From positions 87,812,001 through 87,874,000 of the forward strand of contig OX597817.1 of NCBI GenBank assembly GCA_951406725.2: a stretch of DNA of 62,000 nucleotides. The letters are read 5' to 3'. Under the pieces are notes generated by a model. It was not told where the DNA came from and made no database searches. It saw only the letters and a program-made list of their open reading frames with translations. Both the position numbers and the translations under genes were made by a program. This DNA comes from Octopus vulgaris (Eukaryota). Of the stretch, positions 37,323-50,639 are shown piece by piece (positions within the stretch are counted from its first letter, which is position 1; each line of letters starts with the position of its first letter).

Positions 37323-40300
37323 TGTCAAAACTGAAGCCAAGCTCTGACACTAAGATACCAACAGGGCTTAGATAGCATTTACCTCTTTTGACAATATACA
37401 AATTTTCAGTACTATGTCAACAACAATGTTAACGACAATGGTGAACTGAGCTATAAAAACTTTGTTTTTAAAAAAAAATGCAAACCAGTTGTTAACTGAA
37501 TGCTGGATGCTAAAGAGAAGGACTTACTTGGGAAAACTATGATGTCAAATGCTCCACCCTCATTCACAGTCGATTTGTCACTTTAAGGTTTTGAAGTGAA
37601 TGTTAACATGATTTTATATATCTGTGTGTATAGTGATACTTGTACACAAAGACAACGCACTCTTATATATGTATATATATAGGTATGTTGATGCAAATAG
37701 GAAAAAAGACTCAAAATATTAGTTTATGTATATTCTTATTAATATTTAGCAGATGTAACAGAGTGACTTGGACCTTGACTCACTCTGTTACTTCTGCTAA
37801 ATATTAATAACTATATATATATATATATATAGAAGGACACAGGAAAAATGTGTCAAAGCCATCAGGAGGCGTCGATGCTTCCTAGGGCTAAACAGCGGTG
37901 TGTACCCCCCCTACTGTCATGTTCGTGTTAGATTGACAGTATACAACCATTCTATCGCCCCACCACCATACATGTCTCTACGAGAGATTTAGAAATTTAG
38001 TATTTCTGACTATATATATATATATATATATATATAGGTGCAGGTGTGGCTGTGCAGTAAGAAACTTGCTTCCCAACTACATGGTTCCAGGTCTAGTTCC
38101 ACTGTGTGGCACCTTGGCCAAGTGTCTTCTACTATAGTCTCGGGCTGGCGAAAGCCTTGCAAGTGGATTTGGTAGATGGAAACTGAAATATATATAGATA
38201 TGGAAGGCAGACGTTAAGCAATGATGATGATACATAGCCTACAAATATCCCAAGCATCAAACTAATACACTTGCTTGTTGTTTGTACACCTGTTTTCATC
38301 TTTTGTTTTTCTATAAATTTCAACTACATATCATCATCATCGTTTAACGTCTGTTTTCCATGCTGGCATGGGTTGGATGGGGTCTGGGAAGCCAGGAGAC
38401 TGCACCAGGCTCCAGTTTGATCTGGCAGTGTTTCTATAGCTGAATGCCCTTCCTAATGCCAACCACTCCGAGAATGTAGTGGGTGCTTTTACGTGCCACT
38501 GGCACAGGGGCCAGATGAGGCTGGCAACGACCACAATCAATTGGTGCTTTTTACATGCCACCGGCACGGAAGCCAGTCAAGGTGGCACTGGCATTGGCCA
38601 CATTCAGAAGGTGTCTTTTATGTGCCACCGGCATGGGGATCGCAACTATAATTTCCATTTGATTCTGGTTATATATATATATAAACGGAGAGAGAGAGAG
38701 AACAAAGTTATTTTGTTCTACATGAGTAGAAATAATGAAGAAAGAAGTTGAAAATGCACTGGGATTTTTATCTCAACTTTTGAAAATGCCCTCAATGCAG
38801 AGAATGTAGGGCCTCGAACAAAAAAATAGGAAATGAGCAAAACACAGCCTTAGGGCCAAGAAGACAAGAATGGTGAGTAACACTTAGAAGAAATCCTAAA
38901 GGATATAGAAAACATCAAATAGCAGGACACAGAGAAATTATAAGACTAGTGAGCTATGCAACCAGTTTGAAAAAGGGAGAGAATGAAAGGAAGCTGACCA
39001 CAGGTCATGTGTCAGCAGCAGGTAGAGGAGAGAGAGGGAGAGAGAGTGCTGTGCTAGTAATAGTCTTTCCAGTTATGTTTCCACCCCACCCCACCTACTG
39101 CCACTTTACCTAAACCCCTATATCTATTTCTTTACTACCCACAAGGGGCTACACACAGAGGGGACAAACAAGGACAGACACATGGATTACGTCGATTATA
39201 TCAACCCCAGTGCATAACTGGTACTTATTTAATCGATCCCGAAAGGATGAAATGCAAAGTTGACCTCGGCAGAATTTGCACTCAGAATGTAACGGCAGAC
39301 GAAACCCCTATATCATCTTTAATCTGTCAACATAACTGTACTGTGGTTGATTGATGTATTGGGTCTATCTATTTTTATGTCCTCCTCCCTTTCTGTTCAT
39401 TTAACCTTTCATCTTAACTCTAACTCCTTTTATGGTTGTTTTGAGAGATGTATAAATGAAATTCTGTCCAAATTTCTGCCTCTTCTCCTTTGTTTTCCTT
39501 GTCTCATTGACCTTTCACCTTCTCTCAACAATCCTTTACCTTGTCCATCCCTCTCCCTATAATCTGTCTGCCCAACAGCAAATTTTCCCCTCATTTCTTC
39601 ACTCTCAGGTGAAACACCAGCCCATTCTTATTCGAGTTATACATATTTTCAGATTGAATCTTGAATACCTAAATACCTATTTCTAATACAACATCTTAAT
39701 ATTTTTATCCAGAATACCACTGTTCCTGTGTTAAAAATGAATTTGTGAGTTTGATCTTTGCTAAAGGATATGTGCATGTATTCTGAGTAGAGAATACATA
39801 GATCACAGGCTTGCCTGTATGGTAAGATGTTAGCTTCTCAACCACATGGTTCTGGGTTCAGTACCACTGCATGTGAACCAAATGTCTTCTGTTATAGCCT
39901 CCAGCTGACCGAACTCTTGTAAGTGGATTTGGCAGACAGAAACTGAAAGAAATCCACACCATCAACTACTACAGTCACCTCTATCCTATCTAAACATTTC
40001 TCCTTGTATTCTTGTGAAATTTCTCTTTTGCCCACTCCCCTCCATTCATCCAGTCCAATCCGCTATATCACTTCATCTACATTCACCCACCCACCGCTGT
40101 GCCTTGAAGGTATGTTCTGACACATACCCACTACCATCTCTCTCACTCTCTCCATCTTTGTCTTTCACTCAAAGTCTCTCTTTCTTTCCTTCCTTCACTA
40201 ACTGGGATATCCTTGTATCTTTTCTGCAGCAAGACACCTAACTCTACCCTTCTTGTTATTTTTTTCTAACTTCTTGTCAGCTGGTACAAAGCCACCTCCC

Positions 40301-40716
40301 TCAATACTGCTCTCCCCCAGTCGAAGGGACTTTGTCTTATTTCGCAAGTTACTTGGTGACCCCACTAGTGCTGGTGTCACATAAAACGCACCCAGTCCAC
40401 TCTGTAAAGTGGTTGGCATTAGGGAGAGTATCCAGCCATTGAAACCATGATAAAACAGACAATAGAATTTGGTACAGTCCTTTGTCTTGCCAGCACTTGT
40501 CAAATCATCCAACCCATGCCAGCATGGAAAACAGACATTCAAGGATGATGATTATATACATATGTCTTTTGTTGACAACTTTTTCCGCCTTGTAAGGATA
40601 ATATTATTCAGTTTTTCGACTGTTTTAATGGTAATACTGCATTTTGAAAATATCATACGATATATATTCAACACTTCTAAAAAAACAAATGTAGTTTGTT
40701 TATATACACACATAGT

Positions 40717-40779
<63 letters not shown>

Positions 40780-40819
40780 TCAAATGAAATAAAAAACAGA
40801 ACACAAAGGATGTCGTGGT

Positions 40820-41064
40820 ACACGTGTTTTATATACTCTTTTACTCTCTTTTACTCTTTTACTTGTTTTAGTCATGTGACTGTGGCCATGCTGGAGCACC
40901 GCCTTTAGTCGATCAAATCGACCCCAGGACTTATTCTTTGTAAGCCTAGTACTTATTTTATCGGTCTCTTTTTTTTTGCCGAACCGCTAAGTTACGGGGA
41001 CGTAAACACACCAGCATCAGTTGTCAAGTGATGTTGGGGGGACAAACACAGACACACAAACACG

Positions 41065-41102
<38 letters not shown>

Positions 41103-41267
41103 TACGACGGGCTTCTTTCAGTTTCCTTCTACCAAATCCACTCACACAGCTTTGGTCGGCCCGAGGCTATAGTAGAAGACACTTACCCAAGGTGCCACGC
41201 AGTGGGACTGAACCCGGAACCATGTGGTTGGTAAGCAAGCTACTTACCACACAGCTACTCCTACGCC

Positions 41268-41270
<3 letters not shown>
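40820..41270 (-). mobile_element. Young full-length tRNA-type SINE (family B); other copies ~2205-2330, 12123-12720, 31745-32040, 36010-36400, 38036-38190, 39806-39960, 41755-41965, 44905-45230, 53150-53450
   Basis: Head ...gctgtgtggtaag...ggttccgggttcagtcccactgcgtggcaccttggg (A/B-box-like), internal (TA)n, 3' (aaagagt)n tail; coordinates of other copies approximate. Confidence 0.8.

Positions 41271-41345
<75 letters not shown>
41270..41345. repeat. Long (TA)n microsatellite; others at ~3107-3137, 5605-5700, 17665-17715, 19870-19900, 40722-40775; (TG)n at 12265-12335; (TATG)n at 28730-28890
   Basis: Direct reading. Confidence 0.95.
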
Positions 41346-41346
<1 letters not shown>

Positions 41347-41424
41347 AATAAGATAAAGTCAACAAGAAGGAGTACAGTTAGACAGTTATTCAATAATCAC
41401 TACATGTTTCCATACAACATAGAT

Positions 41425-41472
<48 letters not shown>

Positions 41473-42047
41473 CCATAATGAAATAAAAAAAACCAAGGCT
41501 GTGTAGATTTTAGAACCTTCTATTTATAAATGTTCTAAAATCTACACAAGCTTTGTTTTTTTATCTCATTATGAAAAAAAAATTTATATACACACACTGA
41601 TATATGACCTAAGTTGGACCCCTGATTCGCATAATCACCGGATCTGGAACTTAACTATGGTCTGTTCATAGCACTTATTCAGCATTACCTGACACCTTTG
41701 GGTCTCACTGACACTATTACCTCTCATAACCTATATATATATATATATATAATATGTGTATGTTTGTGTTTGTCCCCTACCACTACTTCACAGCTGATTT
41801 TGTTTGCACTCTTGTAACTTAGCAGTTCAACAAAAGGACTGATAAAATAAGTACCAGGCATAAAAATATATAAGTACTGGGGGCGATTTGTTCAACTAAA
41901 CCTTTCTAGTCAGTGTTCCAGCATGGCCACAATCTAGTGAGTGAAACAGGTGAAAGATGAAAGATAAAATGCCTTTATTAATATATGCTAATTTATTTAA
42001 TTTTAATTATGGTTTCTACACCCTCATTTTTTTCAAAAAAAAATTAG

Positions 42048-42141
42048 GTTGAAAATTCAGTTAGATATGTGTTAAACTTTATTGAAACCAAGCAAAACCA
42101 GAAGACATTAACTCAGTGCCATCGTCACACATTTCTGTCAG
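42048..42141 (+). CDS. TBC1D32: TBC1D32 exon: VENSVRYVLNFIETKQNQKTLTQCHRHTFLS(D)
   Basis: 94 nt, phase 0 to 1, exactly bridges the phases of the flanking exons; G|gttagt donor; acceptor atypical (A-run before ttAG); weaker sequence similarity. Confidence 0.75.
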
Positions 42142-42662
42142 GTTAGTGTATTTATGGTCATATAATTTGTGCTAATATATTTATGTTACTGTAATATAGT
42201 TTGTATTAATATGTAATTTGGGTAAATATATTTGTGTTAATTTTTGTAAATATATTTTGTTGATATATTTGTGTTAATATAATGATAAATTTTGTCAAAA
42301 ATCACTTATTATAAACAAATACTCCATCTTGAAGGAATTAATATCCTTATTACAAGAGAGGCTAAAATCACCTTTAATGAACAGACACAAATGTACACTG
42401 AAATATGAAACAACTAAAAGGAAAATAAAATATTCCTCATTCTTTTCTTAGTCCATAGTTCTTGTCAGCCTTATCTTCATCTCCCAGAGTGACACTTACA
42501 TATTGCTTAATTTCACTACCTAAATATACACAGTTTACTGCTTTTATAGCAATTGTACTGTTTCTGCTTATTTCCAGCATTCTAGTCTATTCATGGAACT
42601 TGCAGATAAAATACAGACATCTCCAACATTATGGAAGAGTTGCATTTTTGAAAATCTTGCCT

Positions 42663-42882
42663 TTAACCCTTTAGCATTCAGATTATTCTGTCAAATGCAA
42701 TACCCATTCGTTCATACTGATTTGAACTAATCTTGCATTGTCTCATAGCTTTGGGATTTCAGTGATGTGATTATTTATGTTTAGAATGACATTGTTTGAG
42801 AGGCTAGATCTGACCAGTTTGAACATAAAACAAATAGAAAATTTGGGGCTAGATATGGCCAGTTTAAATGCTAAAGTGTCAA
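42663..42882. mobile_element. TTAA-type MITE, family 2 (related copies ~10930-11110, ~11410-11605, 57211-57420)
   Basis: TTAAccctttagcatt...aatgctaaag(t/a)gt(c/t)aa termini; shared interior tttcaatgatgtgattg...ttttagaatgacattgt...gaggccagatctgg. Confidence 0.7.
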
Positions 42883-44991
42883 CATGGAATTCAGCGATGG
42901 CAAATCTATTTTCCTATTTCCTTCTCTGTTGTTTTAGATAGTTGTACAAATAGTTTCATAAAGTACATACATGACTTTATTTTATTTCAATAGCTGCAGT
43001 CTTTAATCTATCAAGGCTGATTAAGTGGATTTGTCAGCATACCATTTTCATATCAAAAGTACAAAGGAGCAAACCACTTCAGGATTATAAATATTTATAG
43101 AGATGCTCATGCTATTTTTAAAGACTTTAAGTAAGAATTTTGGTGTGTTTTTCAATATTGAAGCATCAGTAGGCTTCATCTCCAAATGTTTATTAAACCA
43201 GATGGTGACTACAAAAATACAGCCTCTTCATTCCCTTGCTTGAGTGATCTCATTTAATCACTTCCAGATACTACATTGGTTTTATCCTGTATCAGTTAGC
43301 AACTTCAGTTTTATCCAGTGTCAGCAACATCAGTTTTACCCTGTGTCAATTAGTAACATTCTCCAGAAAATTTTATAGAATACATATATATAGACCCAAG
43401 ATATAGTCTGCCATATCAATAGTTAAGAAAAAAGTTTTGACGATTTAGGATTTCAAGAAGAAATTTAATTCAAATATTATATTCAAAATGTAATTTAAGG
43501 TTACATGTTCTTCATAATTTGTGGCCACTGAACAGTTCTTTGATATCACTCTTTGATTGATAAATAGAGAAATGTCTGCACATTATAAATGTAACAGCAA
43601 CATCGTCATCAACATCTGAATATTCCTCTCCAATTTAACTAATACCATTAGTCTACATATCTTTTGTAGATATTCTTATTTAATGAAACCATTTGTAAGT
43701 GTATTTAATTTCTGCGTGCTTAATGTAACTCTTCAAAGTAGTCTCCAGAATATTGTTGAGATATTTAATTTATTTCTTGCCAACATATTCTTTATCAAAC
43801 ATGACAGCAAGATACTATCTGAATTTTGTCATTAATCAAATAGACAGAAAGCAGAAAAGAAAAAGAAATTAAACCAAAAAAATACTGTTTTTGCATCATG
43901 TACAACAAGTAGAAACTATGATTAAATCTTCTTGTTAAGAAAATATGATATTTGATAGTAAAAAAATTGGTTCAATGAAATACATAAAACTTTCTAAAAT
44001 TGAAATAATTATAATTATTAAAAGTGTGATGATGTGAACTGAGCATTGATTTATGGCTAGGTTCAGTTCCAATTTATACACTCATCTATTATTTATATAT
44101 TTAAATATATATTTATTTATGTTGCTGATATATTATATAAAGCATTTTTCATAAAATTGAATTTCATTAAAAATTTCAAAAAGACTTCTGAGTAAAGTAT
44201 GTGAGAAAACCTCAAATAATTATAATTACTCATCTTTTGAAATAGTTTACAAAGTTTGTCATTTAATTTGTTTTTGTATTCTAAGATGAGGAATGGAAGC
44301 TTGGATAGTTTTAGAAACCAGACAATTAGATCAATTATAAGAGTAAATATTTTTACAACCAGAAACCCCAGCAAAGTCTAAAGTTAATTGCTTGTCATTT
44401 AAAGTAGGGCTTATGTACATGGGTCTTGCCTATAAATAGAACAGAGAAGCTGCAACTTACTTGAAATAGCAGCTTAGTCTCTTTGAAATCATTACCTACC
44501 ATCTTAAAAATGGAAGGCTGTGTCCGATAATAGAGATTGCTATGCACCAACTGGGTCTACTTGCCTCCCAACTTCTGTAGCTTCTACATATTCTCTGTTC
44601 ATACTGACAAAACCAAACAGCAAACTGCCTTGTATATGTTCTTCTTGTTACACTGTTCCACAAACACAGCATCATAAAGTTTGCAGCACTTTCCCAAATC
44701 AACTCACATCAGCTATCTGTCAACTATAGGCCTCATAGCCGTAAATCAACAGCACTGCCTAGGGAACAATTATGAATTAATCTATAATCCTGTTATCTAA
44801 ATATTACCAGTTTAACTGCTGTAATCTTGTAAACATCACTTGGACATGTCTGTTGAAGAAGGCTTGCAGCAATTTAACTAAAGAGTTGATTGTTACAATC
44901 ATATATATAATTAACCTAGGGCAAGTGTCTTCTAATACAGACTCAAGTCAACCAAGGCTTTGTGAGTAAATTTGACTGAAAGAAGCCTGTC

Positions 44992-45027
<36 letters not shown>

Positions 45028-45666
45028 GTGTGTATGTGTCTTTGTGTCTATATTTTATTGTCCCCTACCACCACTTGACAACTGGTGTTGGTGTGTTTAC
45101 ATCCCTGTAACTTAGTTGTTTTAGAAAAAGATACTGAGAGACTAAGTACTGGGGTAAATTTGCTCAACTAAGATTCTTCAAGGCAGTGTCCCTGCTTGGT
45201 CACAATCTAATGGATGAAACAGGTGAAAGATACATAGAAAATACATATCATGTGAACATGTGACCGACCAGGTTATCAGATGTTGTTACACATCACTGGT
45301 CACAATGCACTTTTGCATTATTTTAGCATTCAAATGACGCTACCCCACTGGCTAAGCAAGCAGGCCAGCATTTCCCCTTGATTGAAAGGGAGACTGGAGC
45401 AACATGAAATTGAAGTGTTTTGCTCAAGAACATAACACATCATCCAATTAGGGAATCAAACCCATGATCTAGTGATTGTAAAAGCAACAGCCTAACCACT
45501 TGACCACACACCTTCACAAAAAAATATATATATATATCACACTAAATATGCATTTTTTCCTGTTTCTACATGACTTGTTTAAACATTTCATTTAGAACTT
45601 GTATAATTCTAGTCTCTTTCCTAAATATTTCTTTGACCACCCTCTCTCTTTCACTCTCTTTTAAAG

Positions 45667-45804
45667 ACTCCTCAAGATCTCTATATTACTCTTCTGACCA
45701 ACTACAATATGCTGTAATGGTTCATTCAATGTCTGTTCTTGGCTGTCTCCTTTTATTCAAAGCTGGCCGGCAGTTGTTTCCAGTTCATATGTTGGACATG
45801 CTCA
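45667..45804 (+). CDS. TBC1D32: TBC1D32 exon: (D)SSRSLYYSSDQLQYAVMVHSMSVLGCLLLFKAGRQLFPVHMLDML(I)
   Basis: Pyrimidine tract + ttaaAG acceptor, A|gtaagt donor; 138 nt, phase 1 to 1; in ORF 45570..45872; resembles recalled [36 protein letters not shown]. Confidence 0.92.
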
Positions 45805-45984
45805 GTAAGTTCTGTTCTTATTCTTTAAATTCCATCTGTTACCAACACAAATATGGCTATTGTTTATGTTGATGATTACTTTCTTTTTTGCTATTTTACT
45901 GTAAAAGGTAAATTACAAGGGTTTAAATATGTACATACATGAATACATATATACGTACATATATGTATGTAGGTGCATTAAAGT

Positions 45985-46300
45985 GTCGGGCTCATAATCA
46001 TGAGGTAGTGAGTTTGATTCCTGGACTGGGCTGTGTGTTGCATTCTTGAGCGAGACACTTTATTTCACATTGCTCCAGTTCACTCAGCTGTAGAAATGAG
46101 TTGTGACATCACTGGTGCCAAATTGTATTAGCCTTTGCCTTTCCCATGGCTAACATCAGTGGCATTGAAAGGGAGGCTGGGATGCATAGGTAACTGCTGG
46201 TCTTCCATAAACAACCTTACCTGGACTTGTGCCTCAGAGTGTAACTTTTTAGGTGCAATCCCATGGTCATTCATGATCACAGGGGGTCTTTTCCCTGTAT
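45985..46300 (+). mobile_element. tRNA-type SINE (family D); related copies ~45350-45520 (-), ~48830-48995 (-), ~61355-61570 (+)
   Basis: gagtttgattcctgg...ttcttgagc(g/a)a(g/a)acact...gctccagt(t/c)cactcagctgta shared among copies. Confidence 0.65.
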
Positions 46301-48231
46301 ATATGTGTGTGTGTGTGTGTGTGTAAAGCTAATAAATAACAACGACATCAAGGTATTAGTGCATTACGACCATTTCAGGCAGCTCCATTTAATCAAACAA
46401 TACAAGCATTACATCAGTCTGAAAGATGCTGCCATCTTCAGATGCAAAATATAGGTTTTCAACATACAGGAGACTCCATTATAATTTTTAGCAAATATTT
46501 CATCAGAACTAGAGAATGAAAGAATTACATGCTGCTATTACTGTAGCAGAATGAACTTAGAGAGAAGAATACCCCAACTATAATTTGGAGTGGCAGAAGA
46601 GAATAACTGGGGGTCATGAGATAGTAATTTAGCTACAGTTTTTATCTATATTCTTATTACCATCAAAAGATCTAAAACGACTAGTATACTATGTCCACTA
46701 AGAATTAAAACCACTGGGAGTTGACAGTTAAGTTCAGCTGCTGATAATAAATTTATTATTGTCAGATAGTCTCCCAGACCTTAATTCACTATTGCTATAA
46801 ATTCCTATGACCACATAAAGAAGCAAATCTCAGAAGTCAGTAAGACTTATATTAATTAGTTTGTTTAATTACAATTTTTTCATGGTAGCATGGGTTAGAT
46901 GATGAGTTATTTCAGACAAGATTTTTACAGCCAGATGTTCTTCCTGCTGCCCACCCTTCTCAGTTTTTCAAGTAAGGGATGGGAGTGATGAGATGTATTC
47001 ATCATTTTGTCCATGTTTGCATGGATCTAGTGTGTGTGTAAGCCTATTAATGCATATTGGATGACTCATAGTTTCACAATTTCACAATATCTGGCTGCCA
47101 CACAAATATCTATCAACAGACTCTGTTCCACAAGTATTGAGAATGTGAACATGAGAAAACTTAAAATGAAACTAAATGGAGTAACTGAGATATTATAGTA
47201 TAAATTCATATAAACTGTATGGAGTTATAATTCAGTATACACAAAAAAGTTAAGGGGCTAAATTAACAAAAGAAGAGAAAATATACATTAAAAAATTTGT
47301 GTAGTTACAGTTCAGTAGATTTATATAAAATTAATGATATAGCTAAGTTTGGCTCCATAAAGTTTGGAAGTCTCAGACTAAGTATTTAAATATAGTTTTG
47401 ATTATGAATTTCTTAAGATCAGTTTTTTTTTCTGCTGCACTTAGCTCACTTCTATGACTACCATTTTATAAAGACTTGTCCTTTTAAATGATCAAATATA
47501 ATTAAAGGGTTTCATTGTATTCTGTTTTTCAATGTAGCATCTTTGATGGGTATCAAATTTTAGGCTGGTTGAGTTTAAATTCTATCGCAAATAGTATGCT
47601 TCTGTTTTACAAGACTTATCGAGTAGTTAATTGTTGCTATCTCTACATGAATAATTGGCCTCTGTTGATATGGGATGTTTATGGGCTATAATATTCTTCA
47701 TATTAGTAGATGTTACTTTAAGATTATGTCTTTTGAACTGTTTCTTATAAGTTATGGTTTGCAAGGAAGTATTTACTCATAAAATTTAGGAGACTTTTTC
47801 TATGTTAGATTTAGTGTTTCTTCAGAGGCAGATGTAAACAAAATATTTTGATACATTTTTTTTGTCTAGGAGATTCTGAGGCTGGTGATGTACTTGGTCT
47901 TATTTTTAAATCTGTCTGATAGCTATCAAAGAGATTTGATAACTAGAGAGACTATAGTCTATCTAGGCAAAGATTTCAGGCCAAATTTGAAATTCTTCTA
48001 CTTAATTTGTTGATAAAATTTTGAAAATCTAAAACTGGGTGACATGAATCTACATTAATATAATTTCATTTGGTTTTCTAAATTTAAAGGTGAGATCTCT
48101 TAACCCAGATTGAAGATTATTGAATAAATAAAATCTTCCAAAAATGTAATATGTGTAACCTATCCACAGCAGAAAAAATGACAGATCCTAAAATTCTGTA
48201 CAACAAGAATTGTATTTAAATGTTATATCTA

Positions 48232-48483
48232 ATTCTGTTGTGTCTGGGGAGAGTCATTCTCCTTTAGTGCCTCACCGGTAACACACTCACCGGTAAAATT
48301 TCCACTTATTTCTTATTTTTATTGCGTCTTGCAACCTTTTCAATAGTCTTGACTATTGAAAAGGTTGCAAGACAACGAAAATTTTAGGAAGATAAAAATA
48401 AGAAATAAGTGGAAATTTTACCGGTGAGTGTGTTACATTATAAGGCACAAAAAGAAAATGACTCTCCCCAGACACAACAGAAT
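48232..48483. mobile_element. Fold-back (palindromic) MITE, ~250 bp
   Basis: Outer arms attctgttgtgtctggggagagtcatt / aatgactctccccagacacaacagaat; inner perfect 23-bp arms 48326-48348 and 48351-48373 with a 2-nt loop. Confidence 0.85.
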
Positions 48484-50639
48484 ATGCTTCAACACACAAA
48501 CTCATATAAAGAATTTTGCAAACCAAATCCAAAAACGTTATATCTAATGTTTTTTTGGAAAATGCTGTCGTTTCATGAAACTAGGCAGAGCTGTCTTAAA
48601 TTTGTAATTTTGGGAAAATGTATTGGTAGGATATATGTGACTGTATACAGATGATTATGTACACATTCTTACTTAACTTTTAACATTTCTAACCTTATCA
48701 GCATCATAAGCTAACTAGCACTCATGAAATTAACATGCAAGTGGTTGAGCATTCTACAAACACATGTACCCTTAACATCTTAACATAGTTCTCAGGGAGA
48801 TTCAGCATGGCATAGAATGCATCAAGGCTGGCCCTTTGTAAAACAGGTACTACTCATTTTTAGCTATCTGAGTGCACTGGAGCAATGTGAAATAAAATGT
48901 CTTGCTCAAGGGTACAGTGTGTTGCCAGAATCAAACTCATGACCTTACGATCACAAACCAACTACCCTAAACACTAAGCCATGTGCCTTCATATCGGCAC
49001 CATTAATCTTATATTAATCTACTAATTAATTGAAATTACATATATTTTTCTTTTATTTTTGTTCATGGAGCCATAATTGCATAGTTTTTGCTTAATTATA
49101 ACATAGGCTGTCAATTAGTCCATTTAAATTCATTTTAAGTTTTGAATATTTGCATGTACAGGGAGTGGGTATAATTCCTTTCTTTGAGGTGGCAAGTGGG
49201 CAGAATTGCTAACGTCCCAGACAAAATGCTTAGCAACATTTTGCCCATCTTTATGTTCTGAGTTCAAATATTGCCAAAGTTGAATTTACCTTTTGATATC
49301 AAAGAAATAAGTATCAATTGAGCACTGGGGTCTGTGTAATCAACTAATCCTCTCTCCCACAAAATTTCAAGCTTTGTGCCTATAGTAGAATTTTATTGGT
49401 TACTTCCCTTAAACAATATTCTAAGATTCTAATCTATTATAACTGAATCTTTTCAGAATGCATTCTATGCTCCGAATAGAATAATTATAGTTGGAGATGC
49501 CATTAGCATGATTGGTTATGTGTATGTGTGCTTTATGACTGACATACAACCCAAAGATTTCTATCAATTCACTTGCGACAGTTTCAGTTTTTCTTGCCTT
49601 TTGCTTCTTTTTCATTTTCGTCTATGTTGCTGTATTAGTGTATATGTGTATATTTTTATGTCGTTTCACTTGCCGACAGCTTTTATGGTTGAGGAGTTAT
49701 AATATGAGTGGTTATAGTGGCCATATCTGTGATGGATTGGTGTCCCATCCAGCTGGAGGGAACATATACATCATAGAAACCGGGAAACCGGGCCCATGAG
49801 CCTGGCTAAGCTTGAAAAGGGAAACCAGGCCCATGAGCCTGGCTAGGCTTGAAAAGAGCAACGTTTATCGTTTTATAGTGACCATATAGCAGTTTTGACT
49901 GCTGTTTCTAGGCATGTAAGGGTTTTTATAACCCTCTCCATTATAATTGTGATTTATTTACAATTATACATTCTTCTTTTATGATATAATTTTTTAATTG
50001 CATGTTCTGGCCATTGATATATTCATAAATAATTTTGAATTAATAAATCTCTGAATGAGCTATAAACAGTAGCTGCACGACAACGTAAAGTATATTTGCC
50101 ACTTAAATGTGGCTAACCACTAAGGGTGGATGCAACTGTAGCTTGTAGCCCCAGGAGAACATCTTCTCCAGCTGGCTATTGGCACACTTTCTGTGCCCTA
50201 TCAGTATTTGCAAAGAGAAGCCATCCTTCCCATCGTCAACCTGATGTGATACGCACAGACCTGAGTTTCTGGGTATTTACCTGTCGTCAGCGCATGACAA
50301 TCACCTGTCTTCGATGCAAAGGGCATCCAGCTGTAGAAACTTTGCCTGATCAGACTGAACCTGGTGCAGCCTCTGGTTCACCAATCCTCAGTCAAACCGT
50401 CCAACCCATGCCAGCATGGAAAGCAGATGTTAAACGGTGATGATGATATATCATCATCATCATCATCATTTAACGCCTGTCTTCCATGCTAGCATGGGTG
50501 GGACAGTACCACAAGAGAGCCAGCCAAGCTGAAGCCTGCATCAGACTTCTGTGACTGTTTTGGCAGGATTTTTACAGCTGGATTCCCTTCCTAACATCAA
50601 CCACTCAACAGATACTACAGAACGTAATCATCTTGAGAA

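Noticed and set aside
40820-41270. Genuine tRNA genes at SINE heads
   Set aside because: A/B-box-like motifs only, no complete cloverleaf, and continuous with SINE bodies and tails.
44117-44374. Minus-strand ORF faintly like an ancient LINE RT start
   Set aside because: Only a loose pattern in very AT-rich DNA; no diagnostic motif.
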